A DNA stretch of 64,000 nucleotides. Origin: Savitreella phatthalungensis (taxonomy: Eukaryota). The DNA is taken from contig AP039715.1 of NCBI GenBank assembly GCA_051599415.1, positions 124,001 through 188,000 of the forward strand, in the 5' to 3' direction. The notes below the pieces were generated by a model that saw nothing but the letters and a program-made list of their open reading frames with translations, did no database searches and was not told the origin of the DNA. Positions 9,962-19,914 of this stretch are shown piece by piece. Made by a program: the position numbers and the translations under genes. Position 1 is the first letter of the stretch, and each line of letters begins with the position of its first letter.

Positions 9962-11680
9962 ATGTCTCCCCTAGCATCTTCAGCATCCACAGCCAGCATG
10001 ACCATTGCGTGGTGGAAGACAGCCACTGTCTATCAGATCTATCCACAGAGCTACCTCGATAGTAATGGAGATGGAGTTGGAGACTTTCCAGGTATCACCT
10101 CCAAGTTAGACTACATCAAGTCCTTGGGCGTCGATGTCATCTGGGTCTGTCCGCACTACAAGTCGCCTCAGGTTGACATGGGATATGATGTGTCGGATTA
10201 CGAGGACGTCTACGAGGGCTATGGCACTCTACAGGATGCTCAGACATTCATCGATGAATCTCACAAGCGCGGCCTCCGCGTGATCTTCGACCTCGTCGTC
10301 AACCACACATCTGACCAGCATGCTTGGTTCAAGGAATCTCGTTCTTCGAAGACAAACCCGAAGGCAGACTGGTACATGTGGAAGGACGCAAAATACGTGG
10401 ACGGCAAGCGCATGCCACCAAACAACTGGAAGGCACATTTCGGCGGAAGTGCCTGGGAGTGGTGTGAAGAGCGTGAACAGTACTACCTCCATTACTTTGC
10501 CGTCGAGCAACCGGATCTCAACTGGGAGCTTGAAGAGGTCCGTCAAGCGATTTACAAGACAGCCATCCTGTTCTGGCTAGAGCGTGGCGTCGACGGTTTC
10601 CGTGTCGATACAAGCAACATGTATTCCAAGAACCTCGAGTTCCCAGACGCCGACATTGTCGACCCCGACAACTTCGAGCAGCCCGCAACGAAATACTACT
10701 CGAATGGCCCCCGCATCCACGAATTCCTACAAGAGATGAACCGGGAGACTTTTGCCAAATACGACGCGATGACCGTCGGAGAAGCTCCGCACATCTTCTC
10801 AGTCGATGTACTTGCCCCTTTCGTCTCGGCAGCACGCAAGGAGTTTGACATGGTTTTCGAGTTTGACATTGCAGAGATGGACTGTGGCAAGGCCCCGCTC
10901 CACAGAATGCGTCGCGATTGGAAGATTTCGGATTTCAAGAAGAGTACCGCCAAATCGCAGTCCTACATCGACGGCACCGATCTGTGGATCACAGCCTACC
11001 TCGAGAACCACGATCGCTCACGTATGGTAACGCGTTTCGGAGACGATTCTCCAGAATTCCGTGGACCGACAGCCAAGATGCTAGCGACATACTTGCTCAC
11101 CCTTTCGGGAACCATCTTCATGCACCAGGGAGGTGAAATTGGCATGATCAACGCTCCAAAGACATGGTCAATCGAGGACTACCGCGATCTGGATGCCATT
11201 CAGTGGCATGCAGAGCAGGCAAAGCGTGGAGACGATGCTTGGACGAAGAAGGTGCTCGATGACCTCCAGCACCTGTCCCGCGACCACGGCCGGCTGCCGA
11301 TGCAGTGGGACAATTCAAAGAATGCCGGCTTCACGACTGGAACACCTTGGTTGCGCGTCCATGACGAGTACGAGGTGCTGAATGTCGCTGAGCAGGAGAA
11401 GGATCAGAATTCAGTGCTCAACTACTACCGTGCGCTCATCGCACTCCGCAAGCGCCACCCAGCCCTGGCTCTCGGCCACTTCGAGTTGCTCGACCCGGAG
11501 TCCGAGACTACCATGTGCTACACGAAGGAGTACCTTCAGGAGAAGCTTCTCGTCCTGCTGAACTTCTCAAAGGAGTCTCAGCGTGTGGACATCCCTGACG
11601 GCGCTCGCCTCCTGATCGGCACAGAAGCCTCTGCCAAATCCCTGTCGGCTTACGAGGCGAGGGTCTACCTTCTTTCTTGA
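9962..11680 (+). CDS. GH13 alpha-glucosidase (maltase/oligo-1,6-glucosidase)
   Basis: WWK..VYQIYP, DLVVNHTS, GFRVD (nucleophile), TVGE (acid/base), YLENHD, RDHGRLPMQW; alternative start MTIAWW at 9998. Confidence 0.95.
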   Translation: MSPLASSASTASMTIAWWKTATVYQIYPQSYLDSNGDGVGDFPGITSKLDYIKSLGVDVIWVCPHYKSPQVDMGYDVSDYEDVYEGYGTLQDAQTFIDESHKRGLRVIFDLVVNHTSDQHAWFKESRSSKTNPKADWYMWKDAKYVDGKRMPPNNWKAHFGGSAWEWCEEREQYYLHYFAVEQPDLNWELEEVRQAIYKTAILFWLERGVDGFRVDTSNMYSKNLEFPDADIVDPDNFEQPATKYYSNGPRIHEFLQEMNRETFAKYDAMTVGEAPHIFSVDVLAPFVSAARKEFDMVFEFDIAEMDCGKAPLHRMRRDWKISDFKKSTAKSQSYIDGTDLWITAYLENHDRSRMVTRFGDDSPEFRGPTAKMLATYLLTLSGTIFMHQGGEIGMINAPKTWSIEDYRDLDAIQWHAEQAKRGDDAWTKKVLDDLQHLSRDHGRLPMQWDNSKNAGFTTGTPWLRVHDEYEVLNVAEQEKDQNSVLNYYRALIALRKRHPALALGHFELLDPESETTMCYTKEYLQEKLLVLLNFSKESQRVDIPDGARLLIGTEASAKSLSAYEARVYLLS

Positions 11681-12055
11681 GCGTCCCTCTCGGACTTCTC
11701 ATTATCCCGACGCTTCTTCGGAATGTAGTCGGTAGCTGTATGGCAGCTTGTCCATAAGCAGCCTGCACTTTCTTTGTGTCAAAAGTTGTAATGAATCATG
11801 GTCCATGAGCTCAGCTATTGAAGTGTCATCTTAAACGACCCAGCTTGCGGTTGATCCGCAGCCAGCCATGATGTTTCCTCCGTCGAAATGTCTATCGTCA
11901 AGCTACCCTGGTAGATGTCGTCCGGCCAAGCAAAGTCCGCTATCGGAATATATGTAGCCAACGCCGATATTCGGTCTACATTGAATGGCTTCGCAGTCCT
12001 AAGTTCGTGTAACTTGATTCCACGACTAGTCATTACATATCATTATTTGTAGCCA

Positions 12056-12646
12056 TTAAGCAGCCGCGTCTGCATCCTCGTCGTCAGAATCATCATCATC
12101 GTTGTCGTCGTCAGCATCTGCTCCAGCGTTCTTGCGGCCTTTGCCAGTCTTGCGCTTGGGCAGAGCACCGCAGAGTGGTAGTCCAAGTGCCTTGCACTGC
12201 GCATTCTCCTGCTCGAGGATGCGGGAGAGGTATGCATTTGATTGTCCCTGGAGCTCCACAATCGCGCCACGCGCTGCAGCAACCCATGACTGTCGGTTCT
12301 TTCGAGCTTCGACGTCGTCGTCTGAGCGCCCAGGCTTGCTCGATTCGTTCTCCTCGACCTTGTCAGTGAATGCTTCTAGCTCGAGTGTCGTATAATGCTT
12401 CGTTGGAAGTCGCGTCACCCGTGGGCTCGCTGCGGCCGACTCCGGTGGACGGAGACCATAGGCATCGTCTTCAGGCGGGTTTGTGGCCTCGCGAGTCGGC
12501 AGGAGCCAGTCGCCTGAGGCCTGTGCTGCACCGGATGGGTTGAACGGCAAATGGATCGTCTCCGAGACAGTCTGACCCGCCGGTAGGTCAGCTTCGTGAA
12601 GCAGCGTCGCCTTCAGCGTGCCAGGTCGAGGCAATGACTCCATCAC
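12056..12646 (-). CDS. Probable Gon7/Pcc2-like EKC/KEOPS subunit
   Basis: Helix ARGAIVELQGQSNAYLSRILE resembles the Gon7 core (LRxxLxxLQxxINxFLTxxME) followed by basic then acidic tail; similarity judged by eye. Confidence 0.5.
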   Translation of the reverse strand: MMESLPRPGTLKATLLHEADLPAGQTVSETIHLPFNPSGAAQASGDWLLPTREATNPPEDDAYGLRPPESAAASPRVTRLPTKHYTTLELEAFTDKVEENESSKPGRSDDDVEARKNRQSWVAAARGAIVELQGQSNAYLSRILEQENAQCKALGLPLCGALPKRKTGKGRKNAGADADDDNDDDDSDDEDADAAA

Positions 12647-12888
12647 TATAGGATGGCGAGCACTGAACGAGCACGTATGAGAATATATGAATGTCTCCTA
12701 GACACATGGTTTTATTCATGTGATCGACCTATATGGGCAAATTACAGAACTCGATTTTGCACGTCAAATACATACACGGCTCAGCCTGGATCGGCTACGC
12801 ACTTCCGCGACAGTCGATTGCGCGCAATGAGTTGGACATTACCCGGTGATTGTCCAATCTACGGGAACTGCAGCCAGATCTGCAAGTT

Positions 12889-15800
12889 CTATAGAATCTG
12901 CTCCATTTGTTGTTGCTCTTCCGCCGCGATGGCTTTCTCGCGTTCGCGCTTGTCGTAAGTATCGACATCGATCGAGTCTAGTGTGATGAACCGATGGACG
13001 TGAACTTTTTGTCGTTGGCCGTAGCGCAGCGCTCTGCCAATAGCCTGTGTCTCTTGAGAGGTGTACTTGGTGAGAGAGTCCGCTAGAATGGGAGACACGA
13101 AAATGACGTGGTTCGCGCCTGTAAGATTAGCACCAGAGGCGGATTCGTCGGTGATGTTGAGAACAAGCACCTTTGTTGGGCCGTCCTCAGAAGACTCCTG
13201 TTGGAAACGCTGAAGTGCCTTTGACTTCTGCGACGCGCTGCCAACGATTCTGAGATACTGCACCTCGTGATGCTCCAGCGCAATCACAACCTTTTCCGTG
13301 AGATCCTTGAACTGACAGAAGAGCAGGACTTTCTCATCCTTCGGCAGAGAGTTGATCAGCTTGATGACTTCTTCGAGCTTTGTGCCAAAGTGCTTCTGAA
13401 TGACGGACTCTTTCGCAATATCTTCTTCCTCGCCAAGAGATGTCGATCGCACAATCACATTCATCACGCCGGGGGACTGACAGCCCTCAGCAGGACATGA
13501 TTGTGTGCGCGAGGCAAGCTCAAGACATTCATAGCAACCGACATGACCGCAAGTTGAGAATACACAGACGTCGGCGAGTTGCAGCGCGAGTCTCTCGCCG
13601 TCGGCACTACGATGAGTGCAATTTGGGCCCGGGCAGACAAATTTGACACTCGGCTTGACATGCTCGGGCAATGAGCTCGAGTTTAGTCGCTGAAGATCAC
13701 GCACGACCTCGAAGAAGCGCAATGATCTCTCCCTTCCAACAAGTTCCTTCTCTAGGCGCTTCAGCTGATGAGATTTGTCCTTGAAGCGACGTCGAAGATC
13801 GTCAATGGCGTCCGGTTGCCGTGAGATGAGCTTCTCAGGGTCTTCCTCGTACGTGACACGCGTATATGCCGACTCATGCGGAACATTGTCCGACGTGCTC
13901 TCAAGCACGCGTTGTCGATCGATGAAAGCTGCAGTGTGGCGTTGCGGTAAATCTGGCATGCGCTTTGAGTCAATGGCTCCCTCACACAGGCTGATCATGC
14001 CCTGAATTCTGTTCGTGGCATCTGCATCATCTGCGCGGTTGCGCATGTGCATGAGCCAATTACGCAGGATGCTCTCGGGGTCGTAAAGGTGCTTGCGATT
14101 CTTTCGCTCCTCCCTAAGCAGTTCCCAAACGTGGCGATAGAGATCGAGCTCACAATCGCGCAGCTGCTTTGTGCGCTCCGCCACGAGAGCATCACACATC
14201 AGAATCGCATTGCCGTCCTTGTCGTGTTCCCTATCGAGGTCGAAATGCGAGCAGCGCTTGAGAAGCGCCTCTTCCGCAGAGTCACTTTCTCCGAACGCAT
14301 CTGCGATCCTCATCTCGCGGTCAGATCTGTCGCCCTTGCGGATCTTCTTTATATTCATATCGAGAGCTTGGAGATGGTGCAGGAGCTCGAGATAGATGGC
14401 CCGCTCTGCCGCTGGCAGAATAATCTCGTGGCGCAGCTCCACGGACGGGATCTCATCGATCTCGGCCTTGTTCTGGCGAACGAACTTACGGAGGAAGCGC
14501 TCAGCCTGTCTGTATCTGGAAAGATGCCATGCAGATGACTTGACCTCACGGAACGAGTGGAACTTTTCTGTTTGTGTACTGTCTCGCGCAGGTTTGACAT
14601 CATCGACACCAAGATTTATACCGAGGAACACGGAGATCGTCTTGATGGCTGCAAAGTCGTCAACTGGAGGTGTGCCAGATAGAATCCATCTGCGATCGGC
14701 GCGCATATGCATTGCCATGCGGTGAAGAATTGGCGTCTCCTCTAGATACGTGTACTCGTCAATCACAAGTCGAGACCAGTGGAAGAGCTCGAGAGTGGGA
14801 CACAACATCTTTGACGCGTCCTTTGCTTTCCGCAAGCCCCATGGATCAGCCGAGCCTCGAATTCGTTCGTGAGCAGAGCTTGGCTTCTGCTTCAGCAATT
14901 CGACTGTCTCCTTGAGCCCGGCAAGAGCCTCGGAATGGCACTGCTGGAAGTGTCTTCCCTTGGTCAACGGGATCTTAGTCGACGCGCCAAGTGCGGACAG
15001 ATTCTGTAAATACGCTTCCATCTTGAAGAGCGACACCTGAACACAGACTATGTCCGCAGCCTGGATTTCCTGCACAGTGAGTCTCTTGAGGTGAGCCATG
15101 TTCTCAATCTTGATGCACCGAGTCGAGTGACCTAAGAACTTTTCCACTTCCGCAGGCCACTGCTTGATCAAGTGCGCAGGGACGATGATCAGTGTAGCCT
15201 TGGTAGAGACATAGCCGTACGTATCAGGTGGAGTGATTTCGGGAGACGCAGCGATAAGTCCAAGAGAAATGGCCGTCTTTCCGTATCCGACTTCGTCAGC
15301 GAGCACACCGCCTCGAACATGGACTTCTCGCGTGGCTCGAACCTCAGCACGCCAACCTAGTGGGGACAAAAGCGCCTCCACTGTCTCTTCTTCCACGAAG
15401 GGCGTGACATCTTCTCGCTCCTGGGCGAGCATCCACGTCAAAGAGCGAAGTTGCTCCCTGCGTAACGGCAGGCGGAATCCTGGAGGCTGTTCCGACTCAA
15501 CCTCAGCCTTATTAGAGTTCTTTGCGAGCTCCCTTGAGAATGAGGGAAGGATGCGCTGGCGCTCAATATAGGTATTGTCAAGACGCCACGAGCAAATCGC
15601 AGGTGCTCCTCTGTCGGGAAGCCTCGAAATGGCAAGATGCGCCATCGATGCGATATTGAGGCCAATGCGGAATTGCGCTTGCCCATCGCGGAGTCGGTAT
15701 TGCGCGGCAAATGCAGGCGGGCGCTTTTTGAGAGCCTGCTCGTACGCGCCAGCCTCGCCGATATCTTCAATGCCCACAATTTTGCGACCTGCACCCTCAC

Positions 15801-18800
15801 GGAAACGAATTCTCGGTGGCGTTGGAGCACATCGAGCACAGTCTTCGAATGGACCAGAGATCTTCTGCCAAGATGCAAAGTCCCCGAGTTGCAGCCTGAG
15901 GCGTTCAGTCAACCACGAGAGTTTCTTGAAGATGCGAGCTTCGTGCAATTTATCCACCTGTTGCCAATCAGTCGGCCAGCTTTGACTCTCCAGAGGCAGC
16001 TGTAGGCTTAATAAGCAGTCAGCTCCAGAGCAATCATGGGCAGACGCCTCGAACACAGGAGTCATACTTGAGAGCCTTGCAAGCTGGTGAGGCACGGGCT
16101 CAAGAACGACATCGCTGTCTCTCCAGACGCCTTCGATGGATACAGTCGAAGTTGATACCTTGTTGGGATTGGTCGTGCTTGGATTCTGGCGCCACTCCGG
16201 CGCAACTACTGCTGTGACAGCACGAACCTCGCCGTACTCGAGGCGTCGGTGGTTGATGGCGAAGACGAATGAGTCCATGCTGTTTGGTGTACATCTACCT
16301 GGATCGAGGAAGAAGAAAAGGCCCGAATCGTCCGAGAAATGAAGCGAGTTACCCGCGGCAGCGCACTTGTCATGCAGGTGATATCGGCCAGAGATCGGCC
16401 GATCGAGGACTCCATCAGCCGATGGATCCACGGCGATATCAAGATACCGCCAGACGCGTTTGTTCTTGATCTCTGGAGTTTGAATGCCGAGTGACATCTC
16501 CCATGACGGAACGAGGTCACCAAAATCCTCTGCGCTAGACGAATTGACGCCGATACCAGTCTCGCCACCTGTAAAAGTCGCCTTGAAAGAGTGCTTTTCC
16601 GGAGTCAGTACCTGCCACTGACCGTCAAGGAGACTGGAGTTCCGGTCAAGGACAAGTCTCGCAACAGGTTGTGAGAATCTTTTCCGGTCAGCGGAGTTCG
16701 AAGCAAGGTTTTTGTCCGGGATGACGAACAGCCGCCATTCCGGTAGCGCAGGGTCGAGGACGAGTTCGAGTGTGGCAACATCAGATGCGTATCCGGCAGT
16801 CCAGATCTCTCGCCGCTGGAGACCTGTGAACCGGAGCTCGCTTGTAAGAGCGCGCTGCACACTCCCATCGTCCGAGGTGCCCTTGAAAAGAAGTCTCATG
16901 GGTAAGTCCTGCTTGAGCGCTTTCGCGAACTCAAGCGGATCAATCCGATCGACACTGAGAAGCTCGAAGTTATGCTGTGGACGACCCATGCAGCGAGAGC
17001 ATGCTGTGAACCCGCAATCTCGGCACTGGTAGATCTTACGCGCCGTAATGTTGGACTGCCCTTCACATGCGCAAAGTCGTCTGGACCGCTGGGCTTGTGA
17101 CAACCAATCAGCAACCTTCGCATGGGATACTGCTCCTAGATCGAACTCAGTCGTTTGCATAGCACTGCTGCGAACACTGGTGATATCATCAGTCCTTTCC
17201 TGTACCATCGATACGTCGCGATCCTTGATTCTATGCTCGGAGAGGGTGAGCGCTGCAAGAATAACCGCGCCGATGACCGTGGTGCTCATGGCGTTGCCTG
17301 CCAAGTCCATACAATTATCTTCTGTCTCTCTTGTGAGAAGCAACTTGTCGAGAGGAAGACCTTGCATGCCGAGTGCTTCGTAGCCAGTCATGGGGCCACC
17401 GCGATTGGATATGTATGGAATCATGGACGGTGTCATACATGGACAAAGTCCACCTCTCGGATATCCAATGCGATCGACGTTTTGCGAGAGGTTCCAGACC
17501 ATCGTCTTGTAGGCGGCGTCGACACCTTTGATTGCGTAGCGCATGATGGAAATGTCAAGTAAGTCGAGCACACGCTCGGGTTGGAGCACGGCCCAGTCGT
17601 TCCAGGCATAGTCCGGCATCGTGCAACCACCGCCTTCAACCCATAAGGTTAGCGGACGTCGGTCGCCAAGCTCTTCGGTAAAGCGGGCATTGCGATGACG
17701 CACCTCACATCTCGCCCAGTCAATGGCGTTGCGGGACGACTGTGCATTCGCGAGAGCAGTCCTTGCTTTGATAGTTCTGGGGTCGTCCTCGGCCATCAGG
17801 AACGCCTCAATTGGGGACGATGCAGGTCGCGCCATACCTTGAACAAGGGATCGCCATTTGTGTGGAATTGTCTCTCCTAAGGTCTTTTCCCCTCGATCGA
17901 TCGCACACATATACCCTCGCTGCCTCGTGTGCGGGATGTAATAGGATTTCGTGTCCACCCGTAGCCACTCAGCATCATATCCGGCCGCCCTAAACTTTGG
18001 GCACACGCTCTTCTCCCACGGCGCGCTGAGGACGTTTTCGAGGATGACGACGGTCGGCCTGTGCTTCTTGACCCATCTAAGCATGCCTCCGAAAGTGCGA
18101 GCCGATTGGCCGGTGCCGTCGATCTCTTGCTTGCTGTTGTTGAGGTTGGAGAAGTCTACGCAGGACGTGCCTGCAATCAGGATATCAATGTCTCCAGGTA
18201 CTTTGACCTTGGCTCCGTAAGCCGTCGTCGCGAATTCGTCGCCGAGTTCACAAACGTCGCGGAAGAGTAGCGGTGGCTGGAAATTACGCTCAATGTAAGC
18301 CTGCTTGAAGGGCTCGATCTCGCATGAGAAGACATGCTCAACAGCCAGTGATTTGCCGTAGACACGCGACACGAGTGGTGCGATGACAGACAGCGCAAGG
18401 AGCGGCGACTCTGTGCCGGAGCACATCGTCGCAACTCGTAGCTTCCTGCCGTCCAGCTTGCGGAGAAGCTTCTCGAATCCAGCGGCCCGAAGCCTCTCAC
18501 CACGAATCATGTCTTCAAACATCTCATTCAGGTCATTGATCGGTGGCAGGTGTGTAAGGTCCATTGGTGTCTTTACAGCAGATTCTTTAGGTCCTGTAGT
18601 AGAGGTTGTACTGGTCTTGACGCGTTTGGTTGGTCGCTTTAGTGTTGGCTCTGACAACACGTCGGACACATCGTCATCACTATCCGCATCGATGTCGTCA
18701 GCGTCATCGTCACCGACACGTCGAAAGTCAACCTCAGCACCATCCTCCTCGGAGTCCTGCTTGAATTGAGAGCTTTCGCTACTGCTGACGGACTCTGCGT

Positions 18801-19137
18801 CGCTAGGTTCGAAGTCGTCGTCGCTATCAACGCGCTTCCGCTTCCGCGTCTTAGGCAGCTCTTCGTCTTCAGCCTCATCCTCAGACTCAGATACTGCTTG
18901 TTTGACAATGACAACTCTAGACGCTGCTCTCGGCCTCTTCAGAAGCTGTACGACGGATTTCGGGCTCACTGTGGGCTTTGCTCCAGATTCGGACTTCGGG
19001 ATCGAGTTTGGCGCTGAAGCTTGCTGATAAATCACCACTTTCGGGACCGGCTTTGGTTCGTATGGAGTCAGCGGCTTAAAGAAGCTACTCAGTATAGCCT
19101 GCTTCCCCTTTGCAGCCGGCTGCTGAGGTCTGGCCAT
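12889..19137 (-). CDS. DNMT5: DNMT5-type cytosine-5 DNA methyltransferase fused to SNF2 ATPase with RING-like insert
   Basis: MTase motifs TMCSGTESP, SCEIEPFK, AGTSCVDFS (SC catalytic motif), ILENV, PHTRQRGY, LAGNAM; SNF2 motifs GGVLADEVGYGKT, VIDEY, LSGTP, QAIGRALRYGQ; Cys clusters CRDC..CSRC and CGHVGCYEC..CPAEGC; intronless 2082 aa. Confidence 0.92.
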   Translation of the reverse strand: MARPQQPAAKGKQAILSSFFKPLTPYEPKPVPKVVIYQQASAPNSIPKSESGAKPTVSPKSVVQLLKRPRAASRVVIVKQAVSESEDEAEDEELPKTRKRKRVDSDDDFEPSDAESVSSSESSQFKQDSEEDGAEVDFRRVGDDDADDIDADSDDDVSDVLSEPTLKRPTKRVKTSTTSTTGPKESAVKTPMDLTHLPPINDLNEMFEDMIRGERLRAAGFEKLLRKLDGRKLRVATMCSGTESPLLALSVIAPLVSRVYGKSLAVEHVFSCEIEPFKQAYIERNFQPPLLFRDVCELGDEFATTAYGAKVKVPGDIDILIAGTSCVDFSNLNNSKQEIDGTGQSARTFGGMLRWVKKHRPTVVILENVLSAPWEKSVCPKFRAAGYDAEWLRVDTKSYYIPHTRQRGYMCAIDRGEKTLGETIPHKWRSLVQGMARPASSPIEAFLMAEDDPRTIKARTALANAQSSRNAIDWARCEVRHRNARFTEELGDRRPLTLWVEGGGCTMPDYAWNDWAVLQPERVLDLLDISIMRYAIKGVDAAYKTMVWNLSQNVDRIGYPRGGLCPCMTPSMIPYISNRGGPMTGYEALGMQGLPLDKLLLTRETEDNCMDLAGNAMSTTVIGAVILAALTLSEHRIKDRDVSMVQERTDDITSVRSSAMQTTEFDLGAVSHAKVADWLSQAQRSRRLCACEGQSNITARKIYQCRDCGFTACSRCMGRPQHNFELLSVDRIDPLEFAKALKQDLPMRLLFKGTSDDGSVQRALTSELRFTGLQRREIWTAGYASDVATLELVLDPALPEWRLFVIPDKNLASNSADRKRFSQPVARLVLDRNSSLLDGQWQVLTPEKHSFKATFTGGETGIGVNSSSAEDFGDLVPSWEMSLGIQTPEIKNKRVWRYLDIAVDPSADGVLDRPISGRYHLHDKCAAAGNSLHFSDDSGLFFFLDPGRCTPNSMDSFVFAINHRRLEYGEVRAVTAVVAPEWRQNPSTTNPNKVSTSTVSIEGVWRDSDVVLEPVPHQLARLSSMTPVFEASAHDCSGADCLLSLQLPLESQSWPTDWQQVDKLHEARIFKKLSWLTERLRLQLGDFASWQKISGPFEDCARCAPTPPRIRFREGAGRKIVGIEDIGEAGAYEQALKKRPPAFAAQYRLRDGQAQFRIGLNIASMAHLAISRLPDRGAPAICSWRLDNTYIERQRILPSFSRELAKNSNKAEVESEQPPGFRLPLRREQLRSLTWMLAQEREDVTPFVEEETVEALLSPLGWRAEVRATREVHVRGGVLADEVGYGKTAISLGLIAASPEITPPDTYGYVSTKATLIIVPAHLIKQWPAEVEKFLGHSTRCIKIENMAHLKRLTVQEIQAADIVCVQVSLFKMEAYLQNLSALGASTKIPLTKGRHFQQCHSEALAGLKETVELLKQKPSSAHERIRGSADPWGLRKAKDASKMLCPTLELFHWSRLVIDEYTYLEETPILHRMAMHMRADRRWILSGTPPVDDFAAIKTISVFLGINLGVDDVKPARDSTQTEKFHSFREVKSSAWHLSRYRQAERFLRKFVRQNKAEIDEIPSVELRHEIILPAAERAIYLELLHHLQALDMNIKKIRKGDRSDREMRIADAFGESDSAEEALLKRCSHFDLDREHDKDGNAILMCDALVAERTKQLRDCELDLYRHVWELLREERKNRKHLYDPESILRNWLMHMRNRADDADATNRIQGMISLCEGAIDSKRMPDLPQRHTAAFIDRQRVLESTSDNVPHESAYTRVTYEEDPEKLISRQPDAIDDLRRRFKDKSHQLKRLEKELVGRERSLRFFEVVRDLQRLNSSSLPEHVKPSVKFVCPGPNCTHRSADGERLALQLADVCVFSTCGHVGCYECLELASRTQSCPAEGCQSPGVMNVIVRSTSLGEEEDIAKESVIQKHFGTKLEEVIKLINSLPKDEKVLLFCQFKDLTEKVVIALEHHEVQYLRIVGSASQKSKALQRFQQESSEDGPTKVLVLNITDESASGANLTGANHVIFVSPILADSLTKYTSQETQAIGRALRYGQRQKVHVHRFITLDSIDVDTYDKREREKAIAAEEQQQMEQIL

Positions 19138-19187
19138 GGCTGTAGTTCAGCTCTCCACCCCAAGCTCCTGTGTTAAACCTTGCTCAA

Positions 19188-19211
19188 GCGCGTCCCAGTA
19201 GAGACGCGTCT
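19188..19211. promoter_or_regulatory. MCB-like elements upstream of DNMT5
   Basis: ACGCGT at 19204-19209 inside palindrome AGACGCGTCT and a second CGCG at 19189-19192, within ~75 bp of the ATG. Confidence 0.35.
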
Positions 19212-19475
19212 GAGATATTAATAGATGTCTCATAATCCGTTGCAGGCACGTGTATTTCAGTGCTCCGATCGAGATCATGTGTATGTTCAGGAAAGTTCTT
19301 GTTTTTGCTCGGATGGATTTCTCGCTTTATTGGCTTCCGAATATTCGAGGATCAGGTAGGCAGGAGGCTGGTCCAAATGATCGAGACAATGAAACAAGAG
19401 AAGCATGGCCATGCAATTGTACTACTCTGTCCCGGGTTCGCGACTGTTTGCCCGGGCTCTCGTGCGGGTCATACT

Positions 19476-19839
19476 CTACTTCTTGACCTCGTTGGCAGCT
19501 TCTTGAGCCTTCTCGGCTGCCTTCTGACCTGTACCGCCAATGGCGCCGTCCTTCTCAAATTGCTTGCCAATTGCGCCACTGTGATTGAGTCAGTATGTCT
19601 TCCTCTCGTGATCCAGCACGATGTGGCAGGCGATTCACTTACTCCTTAGAAAAAGCACCGCCTACATCCTTCTCAAACTTCTGTCCGATTTCGCCCTTGC
19701 TGGTGAACTTGCTGCCAATCTCTCCATCAGCCTTGAATTTGCCTGCAACCTCCTTGACCTTCTCAGCAGCCTTGTCAATGGCGCTCTTGTCATTGCGACG
19801 AATAGCTGCAGTGGCGAAAGAGCGGCGAAGAGCAAACAT
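19476..19839 (-). CDS. Spliced 99-aa hydrophilic LEA-like repeat protein with probable mitochondrial presequence (exons 19839-19643, 19578-19476)
   Basis: 64-nt intron 19642-19579 GTAAGT...TACTGAC...CAG; product MFALRRSFATAAIRR...FKADGEIGSKFTSKGEIGQKFEKDVGGAFSKDGAIGKQFEKDGAIGGTGQKAAEKAQEAANEVKK. Confidence 0.85.
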
Positions 19840-19875
19840 GGTGTCGTAATGACTAGGTGACTACGGCGGAGTTCG

Positions 19876-19914
19876 TATATATATTCGCCTAGCTATTTTT
19901 TCGTGTGACGTCAC
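19876..19914 (-). promoter_or_regulatory. TATA box and palindromic ATF/CRE site upstream of the LEA-like gene
   Basis: TATATATA at 19876-19883 and GTGACGTCAC at 19905-19914 (overlapping the stop codon of the upstream gene). Confidence 0.45.
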
